Of a DNA stretch of 64,000 bases, positions 9,572 through 19,236 are shown piece after piece. The notes beneath the pieces are model-generated. The model was given only the letters and a program-made list of their open reading frames with translations, searched no databases and had not been told where the DNA came from. Origin of the DNA: an uncultured Alistipes sp. (lineage in GTDB: Bacteria > Bacteroidota > Bacteroidia > Bacteroidales > Rikenellaceae); contig CALUMM010000002.1 in NCBI GenBank assembly GCA_944321755.1, forward strand, positions 8,674 through 72,673, written 5' to 3'. The first letter of the stretch is position 1. The number at the start of each line of letters is the position of its first letter. Position numbers and translations under genes: made by a program.

Positions 9572-10717
9572 CTACAAATGTTTTATCATCTTGCTCACCG
9601 TGAGCGCAAAATGCGTGAAGACGATCGTCGGATTGCCGTTCTGCGCAATCTGTGCCCCGGCCCGCTCGATCTCCGCAATCAGCGGCTCGATGTTCTGCGT
9701 CCCGACGAACGGCGCGAACTTCGTGCAGAACGCAAGCTCCTCGCCCCACAGGTAACCGATCTCCCGAAGACCCGCATGGAGCATGAAACTCTCCCGCAAC
9801 AGACGAGCCGCATTGCGCAGAAAGGCCCGCTGCTGCTCACGAGACAACTGCGCCACCTCCTCGGCCCAGCCGATCAGTTCGAGGTGTTTGTCGTTGTAGC
9901 TCAGGCGCATCAGGCTGCAGAACAGTTCGAAATGCTCCTTCCGGACCGCATCGCTCTCCCCGGCCGCCAGGTGACCCAGTTCCAACAGGTCCCCCCCGGC
10001 CAGCCGCGCCATGTTCCGGGCCTGCACCGGATCGCTCACACCCCGATTCCGCGCCTCACGCTCCAGCACCTCCGGAGCGATCCGCGGCACCGCAACCTCC
10101 TGCGTGCGCGACAGAATCGTCGGCAACAAAAGCTCCGGCTGTTCGCTCACCAGCACGAAAACCGTCCGTTCCCACGGCTCCTCCAGGATCTTCAGGATCT
10201 TGTTCGAAGCCTCCTCGTTCATCGTCTCCGGCAACCACACCAGCATCGCCTTGTAATCCGCCTCGAAACTCTTGAACGAGAGTTTGCGGATGATTTCGTC
10301 CGCCTCGCGCGCCGAGATCATCCCCTTGAGCGTCTTCCCCAGGTCCAGCCGGTCGTACCACTCCTGCGACGAAAAGTAACCCCGCCGCTCGGCGAACAAC
10401 GCCCGGAACTGAGGCAGAAATTCGTCGCTCAGCATCGCTTCGCCCGACTTCTTCCCCTGTTTGTTCACCGGGAAGACCAGGTGCAGGTCCGGATGCGCCA
10501 GGGCCTCGATCTGCCGGCAGTCCGGGCATTCGCCGCACGAATCCCCGTCGTGGCGGTGGCGGCAGCAGAGGTACTGCACGTAGGCCACAGCCAAAGCCAG
10601 CGACCCGTAGCCCGAAGCCCCCGTGAAGAGCTGCGCGTGGCTCACCCGGCCCGCATCCACCGACCGGGTCAGATGCCGTTTCAGCTCCTCCTGTCCGATA
10701 ATCTCCGCAAAACGCAT
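9572..10717 (-). CDS. holB: DNA polymerase III subunit delta'
   Basis: HAQLFTG, CGECPDC zinc motif, HPDLH, LKILEEP and LLPTILSR. Confidence 0.9.
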   Translation of the reverse strand: MRFAEIIGQEELKRHLTRSVDAGRVSHAQLFTGASGYGSLALAVAYVQYLCCRHRHDGDSCGECPDCRQIEALAHPDLHLVFPVNKQGKKSGEAMLSDEFLPQFRALFAERRGYFSSQEWYDRLDLGKTLKGMISAREADEIIRKLSFKSFEADYKAMLVWLPETMNEEASNKILKILEEPWERTVFVLVSEQPELLLPTILSRTQEVAVPRIAPEVLEREARNRGVSDPVQARNMARLAGGDLLELGHLAAGESDAVRKEHFELFCSLMRLSYNDKHLELIGWAEEVAQLSREQQRAFLRNAARLLRESFMLHAGLREIGYLWGEELAFCTKFAPFVGTQNIEPLIAEIERAGAQIAQNGNPTIVFTHFALTVSKMIKHL

Positions 10718-10720
10718 CCC

Positions 10721-12190
10721 TTACCCTCTTTTCACGACCGCGCGGAGCATCGCCCCCACATCGATCCGTTCGCGCCGGATCAGGTAGAGCGCATATCCGC
10801 CAAACATCACTATATTAAACGCATAGCTGACAAACATATTGTCCGCAAGGCGTGTCATCCCCTCGCACAGCCCGAAGACCGCAAGAGCCGTCAGGACATA
10901 CTCCCAGATCCGCGTCCACGGGTAGGGCGTGGGGTAGTAGCGGCGGTTGAGCCACCAGCTTACGCCGACCATCACCGATTCGCTCGCCAGCCGCGCCCAG
11001 GCAGCCCCGTAGTAGCCCCACAGCGGGATCAGCCAGAACCCGAAGGCCGTCATGGCCACCAGTCCCGAACCCGTCACCACGATGGCCAGCGACGTCCGCT
11101 CCTCACGCTTGTACCAGAACGAGAGGTTCAGCCACACGCCCGTCAGGACATTCGCCCCCAGCACCACCGGCAGGATGAAGATCCCCTCGCGGAAATCCCG
11201 TCCCACGATCAGCGCAAAGAGGTCGCGGAACAGCGCAATCCCCAGAAAGATCACCATCGAGGCCATCATGTAGTATTTCAGCGCCGCGGCGTTCATCGCC
11301 ACGAAGTCCGACTTCTTGAAGTTCGACAGGAAGAACGGCTCCGCAGCCAGCCGGTACATCTGGTAGAAGAGCATCATCACCACGGCGATCTTCGTGATGG
11401 CGCCGTAGACCCCCAGCTGGGCCATCGCCCCTTCGGGAACGAGGTATTTGATCAGCTGACGGTCGATGAACTCGTTGGCCGTACCCGCCAGTCCGCCCAC
11501 CAAAAGTGGCAGCGAATAGGCGAAAACCGCCGCCAGCAGCGTCCAGTTGATCCGCGGAACGGTGCGGTCCGTGGTCGTCAGGATCGCCAGCCACGTCACC
11601 ACGCTCGCCGCCAGGTTCGCCACAAAGACCCATCCTACGCCGAATTCCGTCCGGAAGAGACCCGCCGCCCCGAAAGCAAAGGCCAACACCACATTCAGCA
11701 CCACGTTCAGCGCCTTCAGCCCCACGAAGGTCATCGCCCGGCCCTGCTCCCGCAGCCGCGAGAAGGGAATGCAGCCCCACACGTCGAAGAGGATGATCAG
11801 CGCCACCCATACGACATACTCCGGATGGGCGACATAAGCCTCGCCCATGAGCGACGCCACGCCGTTGCGGAAGAACGCCATCCCGGCAAAGAAAACCGCC
11901 GCGGCCAGCGACGTGATGCCCCATGTCGTGGCGAACAGCCGCCGTTTGGCACCCTCGACATCGCCGCCCGCCTCCTCGGCCTTGGCCGAAAAGCGGAAAT
12001 AGCTCGACTCCATGCCCATGGTCAGCAGCGTGAGCGCCAGCGGTATCAGCGCGTAGACGTCCGTGACGATTCCGTAGGTCTCCTGGCCGAACACCCGCGT
12101 ATAGTAGGGCGTGAGCAGGTAGCTCAGAAACCGCACCACGATGGTGCTGATACCGTAAATGGCAGTCTGTTTGGCCAGCTTTTCGAGCAT
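10721..12190 (-). CDS. Oligosaccharide flippase / polysaccharide biosynthesis protein (MOP superfamily)
   Basis: LAKQTAIYGISTIVVR, AAEPFF, about 12-14 TM segments. Start at ATG 12190, downstream of a TATCTTTG -7 element (12210-12217). Confidence 0.85.
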   Translation of the reverse strand: MLEKLAKQTAIYGISTIVVRFLSYLLTPYYTRVFGQETYGIVTDVYALIPLALTLLTMGMESSYFRFSAKAEEAGGDVEGAKRRLFATTWGITSLAAAVFFAGMAFFRNGVASLMGEAYVAHPEYVVWVALIILFDVWGCIPFSRLREQGRAMTFVGLKALNVVLNVVLAFAFGAAGLFRTEFGVGWVFVANLAASVVTWLAILTTTDRTVPRINWTLLAAVFAYSLPLLVGGLAGTANEFIDRQLIKYLVPEGAMAQLGVYGAITKIAVVMMLFYQMYRLAAEPFFLSNFKKSDFVAMNAAALKYYMMASMVIFLGIALFRDLFALIVGRDFREGIFILPVVLGANVLTGVWLNLSFWYKREERTSLAIVVTGSGLVAMTAFGFWLIPLWGYYGAAWARLASESVMVGVSWWLNRRYYPTPYPWTRIWEYVLTALAVFGLCEGMTRLADNMFVSYAFNIVMFGGYALYLIRRERIDVGAMLRAVVKRG

Positions 12191-12339
12191 ACTGTGGCAA
12201 TATAGGCAGCAAAGATACAAATTTTAACCGGATTGCCCGCATCATTTCGCCTTCTTTCGTAGAAAGAAGAGCATAAAAACAGACCCCACATCCCCGGGAC
12301 ATGCGGAAACCGAAGGCCGACGGATCCCCGCCAACCGGA

Positions 12340-13323
12340 TCAAAGCCACTTCTTGTAACGGAAAAACCAGATCGTCAGAATCGAACAGACGATCATCAGC
12401 GCAATGGCAAACAGGTAGCCCAGCGGAATGACCCACCCGTTGGAGAGGTGCCACGTCCACTCCAATTCGGGCATCGTCTTGAAGTTCATGCCGTAGATCG
12501 ACGCGATGAGCGTCGCAGGCATGAAGATCACCGCCGCCACCGAGAAGATCTTCACAATGCCGTTCTGCTCGATGTTGATCAGACCCAGCGCCGCATCCTG
12601 GATGTAGTCCAAACGCTGGAAACTGAAGTCCGCATGGTTGATCAGCGAGTTCACGTCCTTGATCATCAGCTGCAGACGCGGGTAGATATCGTTCGGAAAA
12701 CGCTCCGAACGCAGAATCCCCGACAGCACCCGCTGCCGGTCGAAGATGTTTTCCCGAAGCGACATCGTACTCTCCTGCAGGGCGCTGATGCGGTGCAGAA
12801 CCTCCTTGTCGATCGAATCCTCCGAGTTGATGTCCTTCGACAAGGCCGCAACCTGCTTGGCAATCAACTCCACGAGGTCGGCATCGAAGTCGATGCGCAC
12901 CTCCAGCAGCGAGATGAACAGGTGGTAGCCCGTCGAGTAGCTCCGGTAGTTCATCTGAAGCCGCTTCTCCGTCTCGCGGAAGGTCCGGAATTCGGCGTTC
13001 CGCACCGAAACCAGCACACCCTCGTTCGAGATGATGAACGAAACCGGCTCCACGATGAACGAATCCCCCGTCGGAATGAAGAAGTTCGCGTTCGAAACGA
13101 TCGAATTCTCGTTCTCCGAATACTTCGACGTCGATTCGATCTCCTCGACCTGCTGCTTCGTCTGAAGGCTGATCTCCATGAAGTTCTCGACGGCCTTCTG
13201 CTCCTTGATCGTGGGGGACAACATGTCGATCCACAGAATGTCGTCGTAGCCCAACTCGTCGAAGAGCTTCGTATCCGCATTCCGGATGATCTTGTTGTAT
13301 TGTTTGAGGTAGATGGTTATCAT
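12340..13323 (-). CDS. corA: Magnesium/cobalt transporter CorA
   Basis: PATLIASIYGMNF signature and two C-terminal TM helices. Confidence 0.93.
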   Translation of the reverse strand: MITIYLKQYNKIIRNADTKLFDELGYDDILWIDMLSPTIKEQKAVENFMEISLQTKQQVEEIESTSKYSENENSIVSNANFFIPTGDSFIVEPVSFIISNEGVLVSVRNAEFRTFRETEKRLQMNYRSYSTGYHLFISLLEVRIDFDADLVELIAKQVAALSKDINSEDSIDKEVLHRISALQESTMSLRENIFDRQRVLSGILRSERFPNDIYPRLQLMIKDVNSLINHADFSFQRLDYIQDAALGLINIEQNGIVKIFSVAAVIFMPATLIASIYGMNFKTMPELEWTWHLSNGWVIPLGYLFAIALMIVCSILTIWFFRYKKWL

Positions 13324-13390
13324 GAAAGGCTCTCTATAAAGTTCGTGAATCCGTGGACAGAGAGGCGGGCCCTGCGGTCCGCTATGCCCT

Positions 13391-13948
13391 TCAGCCCGGA
13401 TTGGTCCTCGGGCTAACCTTCAGGCCCGAGTCCCAGAACTTCTTGAGTGCCTTGTCTTTCTGGTTGTCGAAAATGTAGTCGAAATGGGCCAGCCCCTCGT
13501 AGGCGCGCCCCGGATCGTCGGCGAACGGAGACTCCAGAATCGCCTCGTAGCCCCGTTCCAGCCCGTAGGTCAGCGCATACTGCAGCGCCTCGACCGTCTC
13601 CGGCTCCACCTCGGGGCGGGCCACCCACAGCCCGAAGGCGCAGGGCAGTTTGCCGTAGGGCTTCCACGCCTCGACCAGCGGATCGTCGCTCGCAAGCAGC
13701 GCGGAGAGCGATTTCGGAACCCCGCCCACGCAATACTCCGTGACCAGACGGGCCTCCTTCAGCGTCGGATATGCGGCGGCCGGAACCAGTGCCAGGTCGG
13801 CAAGTCCCTCGGCAAAGAGGCGGGTGGATTCGGATGGGGATGACAACGAGAGTTCGGCACGCAGATTACCTTCGTGCCGGATACCATAGATGAAGGGCGT
13901 CGTGCTGAGGCACGACACGACGGCTATACGGGGAACTTTGACCATCAT
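13391..13948 (-). CDS. MqnA (chorismate dehydratase)-like protein, internally shortened
   Basis: PRIAVVS..TTPFIYGI, DLALVP, YCVG and W...LPCAFGLW resemble MqnA, but the protein is only 185 aa. Confidence 0.65.
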   Translation of the reverse strand: MMVKVPRIAVVSCLSTTPFIYGIRHEGNLRAELSLSSPSESTRLFAEGLADLALVPAAAYPTLKEARLVTEYCVGGVPKSLSALLASDDPLVEAWKPYGKLPCAFGLWVARPEVEPETVEALQYALTYGLERGYEAILESPFADDPGRAYEGLAHFDYIFDNQKDKALKKFWDSGLKVSPRTNPG

Positions 13949-13977
13949 CCATACGGTATAAACGTTGGTTCGAGTAA

Positions 13978-13985
13978 CAAAGGTA
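13978..13985 (-). promoter_or_regulatory. -7 promoter element (TACCTTTG) for the mqnA-like gene and corA
   Basis: caaaggta on the + strand, 30 nt upstream of the ATG. Confidence 0.6.
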
Positions 13986-14034
13986 AGACTTTTTTACGAA
14001 AAGTTTTCCATAATTTTTGGAAAAAGTGCGCCCG

Positions 14035-14070
14035 CCTCTTGACAAGGGGGTATTCGCTGTCGTATATTTG
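14035..14070 (+). promoter_or_regulatory. Divergent host-type promoter (TTG...TATATTTG) facing the phage-like operon, with an overlapping imperfect palindrome
   Basis: TATATTTG at 14063-14070; cctcttg-a-caagggg at 14035-14049 covers the expected -33 region. Confidence 0.55.
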
Positions 14071-14249
14071 TCCTGCAATTCACAGGCTGCGGCCTGAGAC
14101 CGGCAAGTTATCAACATCCGAAAATCGCTGTCCGCGAACCGTTTGCCGGGAGATATTACCAGTTATAAACATCTTTTCGACACGTTATCGACAGGGCGGG
14201 GCGCCGGGTATCCGGGATTGCAACAGCCCCTCGCAGGATCTCCTCCAGG

Positions 14250-14570
14250 CCCGCTCCGGACCCTTTTCCGGGCATTTTTCGGACCGCTCCGGACCCGCCG
14301 GACCCGCCGGACCCGCTCCGGATCCTTTTCGGTTCCTCGTCAAACCCGCTTCGATCCTTTCCGGACATTTTTCGGACATTTTCCGGACCGCTCCGGCTCC
14401 CACTGGCCCTGCCTCCATCCGCTCACCATCCGCTCACCATCCGCTCACCGTCCGCTCCCTGTCCGCTCCTTGTCCGCTCATCATCCGCCCGCCGCATCCG
14501 CCGCATCCGTTACCCGTTGCCCCGTCGTCCCGTTGCCCCGTTGCCCCGTCGTCCCGTCGTCCCGTCCGAA
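14250..14570 (+). repeat. Low-complexity C-rich tandem repeats
   Basis: ccggacccg/ccgctccgga repeats, an 11-bp ccatccgctca unit x3 plus degenerate copies, and 8-bp ttgccccg/tcgtcccg units. Confidence 0.7.
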
Positions 14571-14687
14571 ATCTCCGGGCTCCATCCCAACCGCCCCCCG
14601 GGCCAACTCCGGCTCCGGACTGCTTCCAACCCCTTCCAAGTCGGGTCCAAACGCTCTCGAAACATTTCCCCAAAAATCCTTTTTACC

Positions 14688-15653
14688 ATGCAATTCTCCC
14701 AAATTCCGCAACAGTACGCCCCGCTCGGGCAGGCGATCCGCTACGCCGTCGAACAGGATGCCGCCGGGAATCTCGACGCCCGGATCGTCGAGGTGAACTC
14801 CGAACTCCTGCTGGGTGCCAAGCGCTTCGCCGAGACGACCGCCGCAGCATTCGACATCGCCCCCATGCTGCGCCGGACCCTGCAGTTTACACCCTCCACG
14901 GGCGCCACCGGATTCCAGACGGCCGCCGAACGCTGCATCACGGTCCGGGTCGAAGCCCTGGAGACCGGCAGCGAAGTCGTCGCGGCAACGGCCCCCGCCC
15001 GCACCTTCCTCCCCGGAGACGAAACCCCCGAAGCCCCCGGCATCCGCACGACCATGCCGCTCGAACGCCTCATCCCCGAAGGCGCCGCCGACGAACTCAC
15101 CCTGTGGAGCGACGAAGCCTGCGTCGTCACCGTCTCCGGCCACTCCGCCGACTCCGTAACGGCCGAAAACTACCGGTCCGAAAGCACCGGACTCCAGATC
15201 TTCCGCCTCGACACAAGGGATTTCCCCGCGTGCGAAACCCTCACGGTCGACGCCGGAGAGTGCGGCCTGGTCCGCTACACGGTGATCCCCGCCTCGCAGG
15301 AGGCCGTGAGAATGGCCTGGAGAAGCCGCTGCGGATCGATCGAGCACTACTCCTTCCCCGTGGTGCGCTCCACCACGCTCCGCGTCTCCAGGCAGCGGGC
15401 CGAAACGGCCGACGGGTACCTCGTCACCGCCGTCGAAACCGACCGCGAAACCGAACTCGTCTCGGCCTACGAGATGCCCGAGGTGCTGGAAACCCTCGCC
15501 GGGATCGTGACGGCGCCCCAGGTGTGGCGCGTCGACGGCGAGGCCTACACCCCGGTCGATGTCGTCACCGAGGAGGCCGTCGTGCAGCAGCGCGGGGTGC
15601 TCCGCGCTCTGGAACTGGTTGTCCGACCCAAAAACAGCGTGTCATGGAACTGA
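14688..15653 (+). CDS. Hypothetical protein, putative phage tail-associated structural protein (321 aa)
   Basis: Start MQFSQIPQQY after a T-rich stretch. C-terminal W.S..G..E.YSF and L..IVTAPQVW patterns resemble Bacteroidota phage tail-region proteins. Overlaps the next gene. Confidence 0.55.
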   Translation: MQFSQIPQQYAPLGQAIRYAVEQDAAGNLDARIVEVNSELLLGAKRFAETTAAAFDIAPMLRRTLQFTPSTGATGFQTAAERCITVRVEALETGSEVVAATAPARTFLPGDETPEAPGIRTTMPLERLIPEGAADELTLWSDEACVVTVSGHSADSVTAENYRSESTGLQIFRLDTRDFPACETLTVDAGECGLVRYTVIPASQEAVRMAWRSRCGSIEHYSFPVVRSTTLRVSRQRAETADGYLVTAVETDRETELVSAYEMPEVLETLAGIVTAPQVWRVDGEAYTPVDVVTEEAVVQQRGVLRALELVVRPKNSVSWN

Positions 15654-18004
15654 AAATCGACGGAATGATCTGCGACCTGGGAAGCGATCCCATCGCCGTA
15701 CCCGGGTACGATGCCGCACGGACCGAAACAATCGACGCCGCACGCGAAGGACGTTCGCTGAAGATCGAAATCCCGATCACGTCACGCAACCGCCCGATCC
15801 TGCAATTCGCCGAAGATCCCGATACCGCCCTGCTGTTCAACGGAGCCGCGCACCGGGCCGAACTCTCCCACGAAGGAGCCGTGCTGATCGAAGGAAGCGT
15901 CCGCCTGCTCGCCGTGAAGGGCGCCCGGTACGAAATCGAAATCCGCAGCGGCGGGGCCGGATGGGCCGAACAGGCCGCCCGAAGCAAATTCGACGACCTC
16001 GGAATCGACTGGTCCGGGAAACTGAACCCCACGTCCATCTGCCAAAGCTGGACCGACGACACCCCCGTCCGGTTCTTCCCCGTCCACCACGACGACTACG
16101 AGCAGCAGAACAGTTCGTCGGACCTGCTCCCCGCGGAACGATTCCTCGCCGTGGAGGACTACCACCCCTTCCTGCACGTCGCCACGCTCGTCAGCCGGAT
16201 CTTCTCGCAGGCCGGATACCGCGTCGAAAGCCGATTCTTCGACTCGGAGCTCTTCCAGTCGCTCTACATGAGCGGTGCGTATGCCTCGCGCGACACCGCC
16301 GCGGCCGTCAACCGGATGGGATTCTCGGCCCGAAGGCTCGGACCCGCCTCCGCAACCGGGAATGAATTCGGACGGGTCACGGCAGACCCCAAGGCCCTGG
16401 CCAACACCGTGGGAAACATCGTCGACACCGCCACGCCCCAAGCCGTCGATGCCGACGGGGAGGCCATCAGCGGACTCTACAACAACGGAAACTGCTTCTC
16501 GACGGACAACGGCAAGATCGTCTACACCCCGCCGACGGAGATCAACGTCGGATTCGAATTCTATCTGAAGTACACCACCGCCCACCGGATCCGCTCCAGA
16601 AGCCGCCTCACCGGCTTCGACACCCTCTATCTCGGGCCCGGCGCCGAATTCAAGTTCCAACTGGCCAACCGTTACGAAGACCTCCGCAACCAGCTCACAA
16701 CCAACTTCGCCTACCGCGTGATCGTCTTCGACCACACGGCCGGAGCCCAGTACCGGCTGACCTACACCCGGAACGGAGTAGCCAATACGCTCTGGACCTC
16801 GTTCTCCGCACGATCGGCCGCCGTCTCGACCCCCGCTTCGGGGAGCGTCGCCAACCCCGTCCTGCAAATCTACAGCGGCTCCCAATGGGTCGACTACACC
16901 GGAGACTGGGCCCTCTACAACGGGTACATCGACGAAACGGGGGAGACGACCGTCGAGGTGAAACTCCGGACCCCTTCGGAAAAAGTATCCCCGACCTCGC
17001 CCAAATACTTCAACCAGATCTACTTCGCCGGAGCCGAGGAGGGAATGCAGCTCACACTGCACAAGGAGTGTTCGCTCCGGCCCGTCTTCCTGCCCGGACC
17101 CGGATTCGGATCGACGGTCGGATTCGCAGACGTCGCCCGACACGACATACGGCAGTCCGAACTGCTCGAAGCCCTCGCGCACCTCTTCAACCTGAGGTTC
17201 TACACCGAAGAGCCGACCCGGACCGTATGGATCGAACCCGAAGCCGACTTCTTCGGCAGCGGCGAGACGGTCGACTGGAGCCGCCGGACCGACTTCTCGC
17301 AACCCGTCGTCCGGGAGCAGATCGCACCCGAAATCCACGAGGTGCGCACCTGGCGGTTCCAGGACGGAGACGGGGCCGTGACCCGCTTCGACGCCGACGA
17401 AGAGACCACGCTCGGAAGCTGGAGCTTCGAAGTCCCCTCCTACACCGCACTCCAGGGCGAAAAGGTCCTCCGAAACCCCCTCTTCGCCCCCTCGCTCAAC
17501 TCCACGGGGCACTACCTCAACGCCCCGTCGGCCCGGCTCCTGCAGGTCGGGGACCGCGACGACGCCGAAGACGACGGTACGAACTTCACACCCCGCATCG
17601 TCCGCTACGTCGGCATCAAACCCCTGCCCGAAAACGAACGCTGGGGGTACCCCTCGGGGCAGAACGAATACCCGCTCATCGCCTTCCTCTTCCCCGGCGA
17701 CGACACCACGGAGCCCTTCACCCTCGGTTTCGAGGACCGCGACGGCGCCCAGGGACTCCACTGCTACTACGACCGGCAGGTCCGCCGCGAAGCCGCCCGC
17801 GAACGGATATCCCTCCGGCTGCGGATCGCGCCCCACGAATTCGAGGCGCTCTTCGCGCCCGGGACCGGAGCCCCCGACATCCGCTCCGCATTCCGGATCG
17901 ACACCGGGGAGGGAATCGTCACCGCCGCACTCCGCGAAATCGACGACTACGACCCCCGAAAAGCCTCCGTAAAGTGTCTCTTCGAACGCATTGACGAAAC
18001 ATGA
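15644..18004 (+). CDS. Large putative phage tail/baseplate protein (786 aa)
   Basis: True start MELKIDG at 15644. S.KIEIP.T..N N-terminus and ELLEALAHLFNLRF...VDWS motifs are typical of siphophage tail hub proteins; beta-rich central region. Confidence 0.6.
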   Translation: MELKIDGMICDLGSDPIAVPGYDAARTETIDAAREGRSLKIEIPITSRNRPILQFAEDPDTALLFNGAAHRAELSHEGAVLIEGSVRLLAVKGARYEIEIRSGGAGWAEQAARSKFDDLGIDWSGKLNPTSICQSWTDDTPVRFFPVHHDDYEQQNSSSDLLPAERFLAVEDYHPFLHVATLVSRIFSQAGYRVESRFFDSELFQSLYMSGAYASRDTAAAVNRMGFSARRLGPASATGNEFGRVTADPKALANTVGNIVDTATPQAVDADGEAISGLYNNGNCFSTDNGKIVYTPPTEINVGFEFYLKYTTAHRIRSRSRLTGFDTLYLGPGAEFKFQLANRYEDLRNQLTTNFAYRVIVFDHTAGAQYRLTYTRNGVANTLWTSFSARSAAVSTPASGSVANPVLQIYSGSQWVDYTGDWALYNGYIDETGETTVEVKLRTPSEKVSPTSPKYFNQIYFAGAEEGMQLTLHKECSLRPVFLPGPGFGSTVGFADVARHDIRQSELLEALAHLFNLRFYTEEPTRTVWIEPEADFFGSGETVDWSRRTDFSQPVVREQIAPEIHEVRTWRFQDGDGAVTRFDADEETTLGSWSFEVPSYTALQGEKVLRNPLFAPSLNSTGHYLNAPSARLLQVGDRDDAEDDGTNFTPRIVRYVGIKPLPENERWGYPSGQNEYPLIAFLFPGDDTTEPFTLGFEDRDGAQGLHCYYDRQVRREAARERISLRLRIAPHEFEALFAPGTGAPDIRSAFRIDTGEGIVTAALREIDDYDPRKASVKCLFERIDET

Positions 18005-18261
18005 CCCGACTCGACGAAAAATTTTCGGAGCTCCTGATCCGCGAAGTCCGCGGGCTCACGCTCCGGCAGGCGCTCCTCAAACTCCTCGAACGCGGATTCA
18101 TCGACCGACGGGCCTGCGAACGCCAGGCCATCCGCGACGAGGTGCAACGGCTCCAGCGTCAGGAAATCCCCCGCTGCGAGGCGCTCGAAATCGCAGCCGA
18201 CACCTTCTGCTGCTCCTACGAAAAAGCCCGAAACGCATTCTACAACCATTCCAAAAACTGA
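18001..18261 (+). CDS. Small helical protein, possible HTH-type regulator (86 aa)
   Basis: ATGA overlap with the upstream gene; C-terminal ALEIAADTFCCSYEKARNAFY looks HTH-like. Confidence 0.55.
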   Translation: MTRLDEKFSELLIREVRGLTLRQALLKLLERGFIDRRACERQAIRDEVQRLQRQEIPRCEALEIAADTFCCSYEKARNAFYNHSKN

Positions 18262-18264
18262 ATC

Positions 18265-19137
18265 ATGAAATCGGAAATCCAAATCAACAACTCCGCCGAC
18301 TGCTGCCAGATCGACATCGAAGGGACCATCGGAATCCCCGAAGAGTGGCAGTTCGACGACCCCGACGCCCGTGTGGCGACCTATGAGCGGTTCCGCGACG
18401 CCCTGCGCCGCATCGCCGAAATCGAAGCCCCGGAGGTGGTGGTCAACATCCGCTCGACGGGCGGCGACGTCAACGACGCCCTGCTGATCCTCGACGCCCT
18501 CCGCCAGCTCCCCGCACGCATCGTCACCCGCTGCTACGGATACACCGCCTCGGCCGCCACGATCATCGCCCAAGCCGCTTCCGAAGGGGCCCGGGAGATC
18601 TCCGAAAACGCCCTCTACCTAATCCACAACGCAATCTGCTCCACCGAAGGAAACGCCGCGGAAATCGCTTCCGAAATCGAGCTCCTCCACCAGACCGACG
18701 CCCGCATCGCCGCCGTCTATGCCGCCCGCTCGGGACGCCCCGCCGAGGAGTTCGAGGCCCTGATGTCCGAAAACAACGGAAACGGGCGCTGGCTCTCCCC
18801 CGAAGAGGCCATCGCCGCAGGACTGGCCGACCGTGTAATCGAACCCGCCCGGACGGACGGCCCCTCACTGGCGAAAAACATCGCACGCGGCTGGAAACGC
18901 CTCCTTGCGGAACTCGGTATGAAACCCGACCTGCAGCCCGTGGCCGACCGGAACATCCTCCACTCCGAAGCAGAGATGCGGGAGTTGCACCGCCGGTCGT
19001 CGATCGTCGCCGAGGAGACCCGACGGCGGATCGCCCCGACCCGCGTACTGCCCTGCGAAGACCCCTCCTACGGCGAAACCATCCGCTCGGCCAACGAACG
19101 CGCCTATGCCGAAGATGCCAAGTGTTTCCGCAACTGA
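18265..19137 (+). CDS. ClpP-family phage head maturation protease with C-terminal extension
   Basis: VVNIRSTGGDV, YGYTASAATII (catalytic Ser), LIHN (His) and WLSPEEAIAAGLAD. Confidence 0.85.
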   Translation: MKSEIQINNSADCCQIDIEGTIGIPEEWQFDDPDARVATYERFRDALRRIAEIEAPEVVVNIRSTGGDVNDALLILDALRQLPARIVTRCYGYTASAATIIAQAASEGAREISENALYLIHNAICSTEGNAAEIASEIELLHQTDARIAAVYAARSGRPAEEFEALMSENNGNGRWLSPEEAIAAGLADRVIEPARTDGPSLAKNIARGWKRLLAELGMKPDLQPVADRNILHSEAEMRELHRRSSIVAEETRRRIAPTRVLPCEDPSYGETIRSANERAYAEDAKCFRN

Positions 19138-19236
19138 CTCCACCCCCACATCCGAAAAAAAGGCCGAAGGATTTCCCCCGACGCCGAATCTCCACTCATA
19201 TCATAAATCATAAACCCTCAAAAAACAACAAAAACC

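Noticed and set aside
13874-15643. N-terminal 590 codons of the 1376-aa ORF in the track
   Set aside because: They cross promoter and repeat DNA and overlap the real 14688-15653 gene in another frame, with Pro/Arg-rich shadow composition. The credible start is ATG 15644.
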